Under the pieces are notes generated by a model that made no database searches, was not told the DNA's origin, and saw only the letters and a program-made list of their open reading frames with translations. Made by a program: the position numbers and the translations under genes. A stretch of DNA of 64,000 bases from Mobula hypostoma. Taxonomy: Eukaryota. The stretch covers positions 111,168,001-111,232,000 of the forward strand of contig NC_086107.1 of assembly GCF_963921235.1 (NCBI RefSeq), given 5' to 3'. Every line of letters begins with the position of its first letter. Within the stretch, counting starts at the first letter, position 1. This document shows positions 60,417 to 64,000 of this stretch, one piece after another.

Positions 60417-61206
60417 CAAGAAAACATAGTCACACAAAAAGATATATATAGCCCAAATCCCTGAGTGTCATGTCCTATAAATTAATGGTGTATAGGTGTT
60501 ATCAGTAAGAACAGTTCTTAGCAGACGAAAGGAGACACACACACACACGCGCGCACACACACAGAAAATCCAGCATGCCACCAATCCAACAGTGGATAGC
60601 ACCACCAGCAGTACGGCCAGCCTCCAACACAGTATAAACACCGAGCTACACCATTTCCAGCATCTCCTCTCCTGGACTGCAGCAGCAGGCATGCCCACCA
60701 CTTGAGGCCCAGTCCTTGTTACGACCGAGATCACACGGCTCCCCCCCCCCCCCCGTCACCTTTCGTGCCAACAAACAAGGGAAACAGACTTGCGGCGATT
60801 TACATTATCAATGTCCAACAGGGCCTTGCGATCGTAAGAGAAAGGTCCAAGACAATCACTGGCTGGTAGACTGCATGCCGCCTTCGTGCACTGCCTCTGA
60901 TACCTTCCTGTAGCAGGCAGTAACTCAGTGCGCGCCAAGTCCAACTGCTGCAGTTCCTCTGCCAACAAACAGCTTGCTGATGAGGTAGACCTGCAGTATT
61001 TAAAGTTCTAGATGTCCAGCAGTGTCTTGCAATTGCAAAAAAATGTTTTTAAAAAGTCAGAAATACCCTTGGTTGGCCCCCAAAGGGCCACAACGTCTGA
61101 ACACACTGGCATCGTACCAGATGAGGTAGCTATGTAACCAGAAAATAAGGCACAAGTTTCAGGAACCGAAAACTCTAAATTCAAGTGACATCGGCGGGAG
61201 GAATGC

Positions 61207-61938
61207 GGGGCGGAGACTCTCCCCCTTGGCTTTCTCTCAATTCCAGCAGATGCCGAAGTATCTGTGATGCATCAGGGAAAGCGAAAACTCTGATTACGAG
61301 TTCAAGGCGGATACCGACCGCGTGTAGGGGCGAAATGGGAAAAAAAAGGGGTGAATATTGGCCACACCAGACCAGCGTCGCTACCCCCCCCCCCAGATGT
61401 CGGCGGACCCCGGGAACCAGTTCAGATTCTCCGCAGTGTCGAGGCCATCACGGCGTGCCCGCCGACCGCATTCCCCCACCCCGCCGTGCAACCTCTACAC
61501 GGTGTAAAAGAGGCGACAGAACTACAAACTCCAAGCTCATCGCGAAGAACATACAACATGGGAGCGATCTAGGCCACTCGGCCCGTCGAATCTCTTCCGC
61601 CATTCCATTATGGCTGATTTATTATCCCTCTCCACCCCATTCTCTTGCCTTCTCCCCGTAACCTTTCACAAGAACTTATCAGCCTCCGCTTTAAATGTAC
61701 CCAAACCTGCGCACACTGCAGAGAACCTAAAACTGTCTAAAACTGTTCCGGGACCCGTCGATGTCTTTTGGGGCGGGGGGGAGGGGGGCTTTGGCCAATA
61801 TTCACCTTCCCCATTTCGCCCGTACGCCCGGTCGATGTGCGTCCTGAACCGCAGGCAGAGGTTTTGCACTCCTGATGCATCACAAATACCTTGGCATCGG
61901 CCGGAGTTGACAGAAAGCCAGGGAAGAGTCTCCGCCCC
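61207..61938. repeat. Diverged inverted repeat, arms 61207-61444 and 61706-61938
   Basis: Colinear reverse-complement match with shared blocks GGGGCGGAGACTC, TGTGATGCATCAGG, GGGCGAAATGGG and GGTGAATATTGGCCA. Confidence 0.85.
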
Positions 61939-63064
61939 ACAGCCGTCCGTGCAACGAATTCCACCGTTTCACTACCCTCTGGCTAAAGAACTTCCTCACT
62001 TCTGTACTAAAGGGACATCCTTGTATTCTTAGACTGTGCCCTCTGGTCCTCCACTCACTCGCTATGGGAAACATTCTCTCCACGTTCACTATCTAGGCCT
62101 TTCGATAGTCTATAGGTTTCAATGAGATCTCCCTCCCCCCCAAAAAAATAGCAAAGGCAAGTTCATTCCCCGCCCCGCCCCGCGGGACCGCATCCTATGT
62201 GCCGGACATCAGCGAGTTATAAGAACGGAGCGCTCAGAGCCACTGACAAGACTTGCAAGCGAACTAGCTCCCTGCAGCGACCCCGAAGACGGTGGGAGCG
62301 ACCTGCAACTTGAAACAACAAAACTATACGCACACCCCTCTCTCTCACACACACACAGTTCCAAATTCCTACCACCGCGGGCGCTAAGGGGCTCTTTAAA
62401 ATACATACAAACTTGATTCAAAACATCTGGTTTACAGACAAGCGAGAAAGAAACACCCGCGTCCAACTCTGCCGAAAGGAAAGGCGAGGTGTACCGCGCA
62501 CGTCTACAAATAAATAATGCTTCCTTTGATAATAACAAGGATGCAGAAACATGTCCCGTCTATTTCATTTATACTCTAAAATTATGTGTTTTTTTTAAAA
62601 AACGGAGCAATCAGGTTACATACCGTCTCCGTTATTACTAAACTCCAGGTCCTTTCTAAGACACCCACGTTCCAGCGCACCGTGGAGGCGATTTGAAGAT
62701 AAAACTACAGAGTAACAGGGTCTTGTCCACTTCAGTTAAAATGTACAACTCATTTTGGGGACAAGATGCAAAATCGTAACGCTACTCCGCTTTAAAAAAA
62801 CGTTGTTTTCTTCCACTCTGGCCGGGTGCCGATGTCAGCTTCTGTCCCCGAATGCCAGCTGTCGGATTTGCCCGAAAATGAAGTCCGTCACCACAACCCG
62901 GAGTATCAGCTCAGCCCCTCACAAGGCGGAGGTTTGAAAAATTAAACAGCTCTTCTCGAAGATTAAAAAAAAGTTTTAGAGGGCTCGCTTCCCCCCCCCC
63001 CCAGAAAATAATAGTTTGGGAGCGGGTGGAAGACAGATATCGGAGCGGGGACACCGATTCTTAC

Positions 63065-63190
63065 CTGGAATCCCTGGAAGTGAAGCCAGTTGCCGAGTTC
63101 GAGCCCAAGCGAGACGCAATGATCACAAGTCGTTCTCACTCAAGCCAACGCCCTCCTCGCTCACCAGCGACTGCAGGACTTCCCAAAGCC
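63065..63190 (-). other. emp1: Probable non-coding first exon of the EMP gene (5' end approximate)
   Basis: Strong donor CAG|GTAAGA at 63065/63064, no upstream ATG in the segment, and a position inside a CpG-rich non-repeat region. A TTTAAG TATA-like element lies at about 63220-63225 on the minus strand. EMP/PMP22 genes have a non-coding exon 1. Confidence 0.6.
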
Positions 63191-64000
63191 TCACCCACTC
63201 CCCGCCAGACTTTTCCGTCCTTAAAGGGACTCATTGCAAATTCCTCCCGTAACTTGCTTTTAATTTTACTGGTAGGGACTCCGGACTTTTGGGTGGAAAA
63301 TAATGATTTCAGTCCGCTGTGTGTTTCGGGGGCTCTTTCACTAGAATTATATATGCTCTTATTGTAGTTTTTAGTTATTATTATGTATGTAGTCATAAAA
63401 ACCTTTAAATTGCAATAATAAATACAAATAAAGAATACAAAAAGAGAGCAAAAAATACTGAGGTCATGGGTTTATTGTCCATTCAGAAATCTGATGGCAG
63501 AAGGGAAGAAGATGTTCCTGCAATGTCGAGTGTGTGTCTTCAGGCTCCGGTACCTCCTCCCTGATGGTAGCAATGACCCGGCTGCTGAGGGTCCGACGTG
63601 ATGGATGCTGCCTGCTTGTGGCGTCGCCTTTTTGAAGGCGTCCTGGCCGCTGGGGAGGCTGGTGCCCACGACGGAGCTGGCTGAGTTTACAGATTTCTGA
63701 GAGAGGAGGGAATGAGAAAACACGGGGACCCCAAATCATCCAGCACAACTTCGGTTAGAGGGGAAATTCTGCGTCTCTTTTTAAGGAAGTGGTATTGGAA
63801 CACTTAGGTGGCGGGGTGGAGAGATGTCTCTACCAGAGGAGGCGTAGGGTGCTCCTTTCCTCTGCTAGCCTGGAAGTCACTCTCGGGCAAGGCATGGCGC
63901 CCCCCTCCCCATCAGGGTCACGCGAAGTCACGGGAGCAGGAGGTGGGTGGTCCGATGAGCAGGTGGTGCATATCACAAGTCCTGGTTATGCAACCACTGA

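Larger units (their letters stand above)
61180..63330. promoter_or_regulatory. CpG island / promoter-proximal region of the EMP gene
   Basis: Clear CpG retention compared with the rest of the window, including inside the embedded CR1 fragment. GC boxes at 61207 and tandem CCCCGCCCCGCCCC near 62167. Confidence 0.65.

Overview
Eukaryotic, repeat-dense vertebrate DNA. The repeat families suggest a cartilaginous fish, probably a ray (inference). One host gene can be rebuilt by hand on the minus strand: a 157-aa PMP22/EMP-family tetraspan protein, most likely EMP1. Its coding exons are 78/97/141/158 nt (41008-40931, 27164-27068, 22966-22826, 20318-20161), with a probable non-coding first exon (donor at 63065) inside a CpG island. 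Most of the rest is transposon-derived: a full-length CR1 LINE with an open ORF2, a 5'-truncated L1 with a 15-bp TSD, Rex1/Babar fragments, Penelope-like fragments, two solo LTRs, Tc1, hAT-like, Harbinger-like and Chapaev3-like DNA elements, SINEs, and many CR1 3' ends, often nested. Main observations: (1) an in-phase U-UUA-AAC slippery heptamer at the CR1 ORF1/ORF2 overlap, with no AUG in ORF2 until inside the endonuclease domain, which suggests programmed -1 frameshifting; (2) minimal hammerhead ribozyme motifs in three Penelope-derived families; (3) Penelope-derived long inverted repeats, one next to a splice donor; (4) an inverted duplication of apparently non-TE CpG-island sequence pasted into a CR1 fragment. 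All alignments were done by eye. Boundaries without a TSD are approximate.
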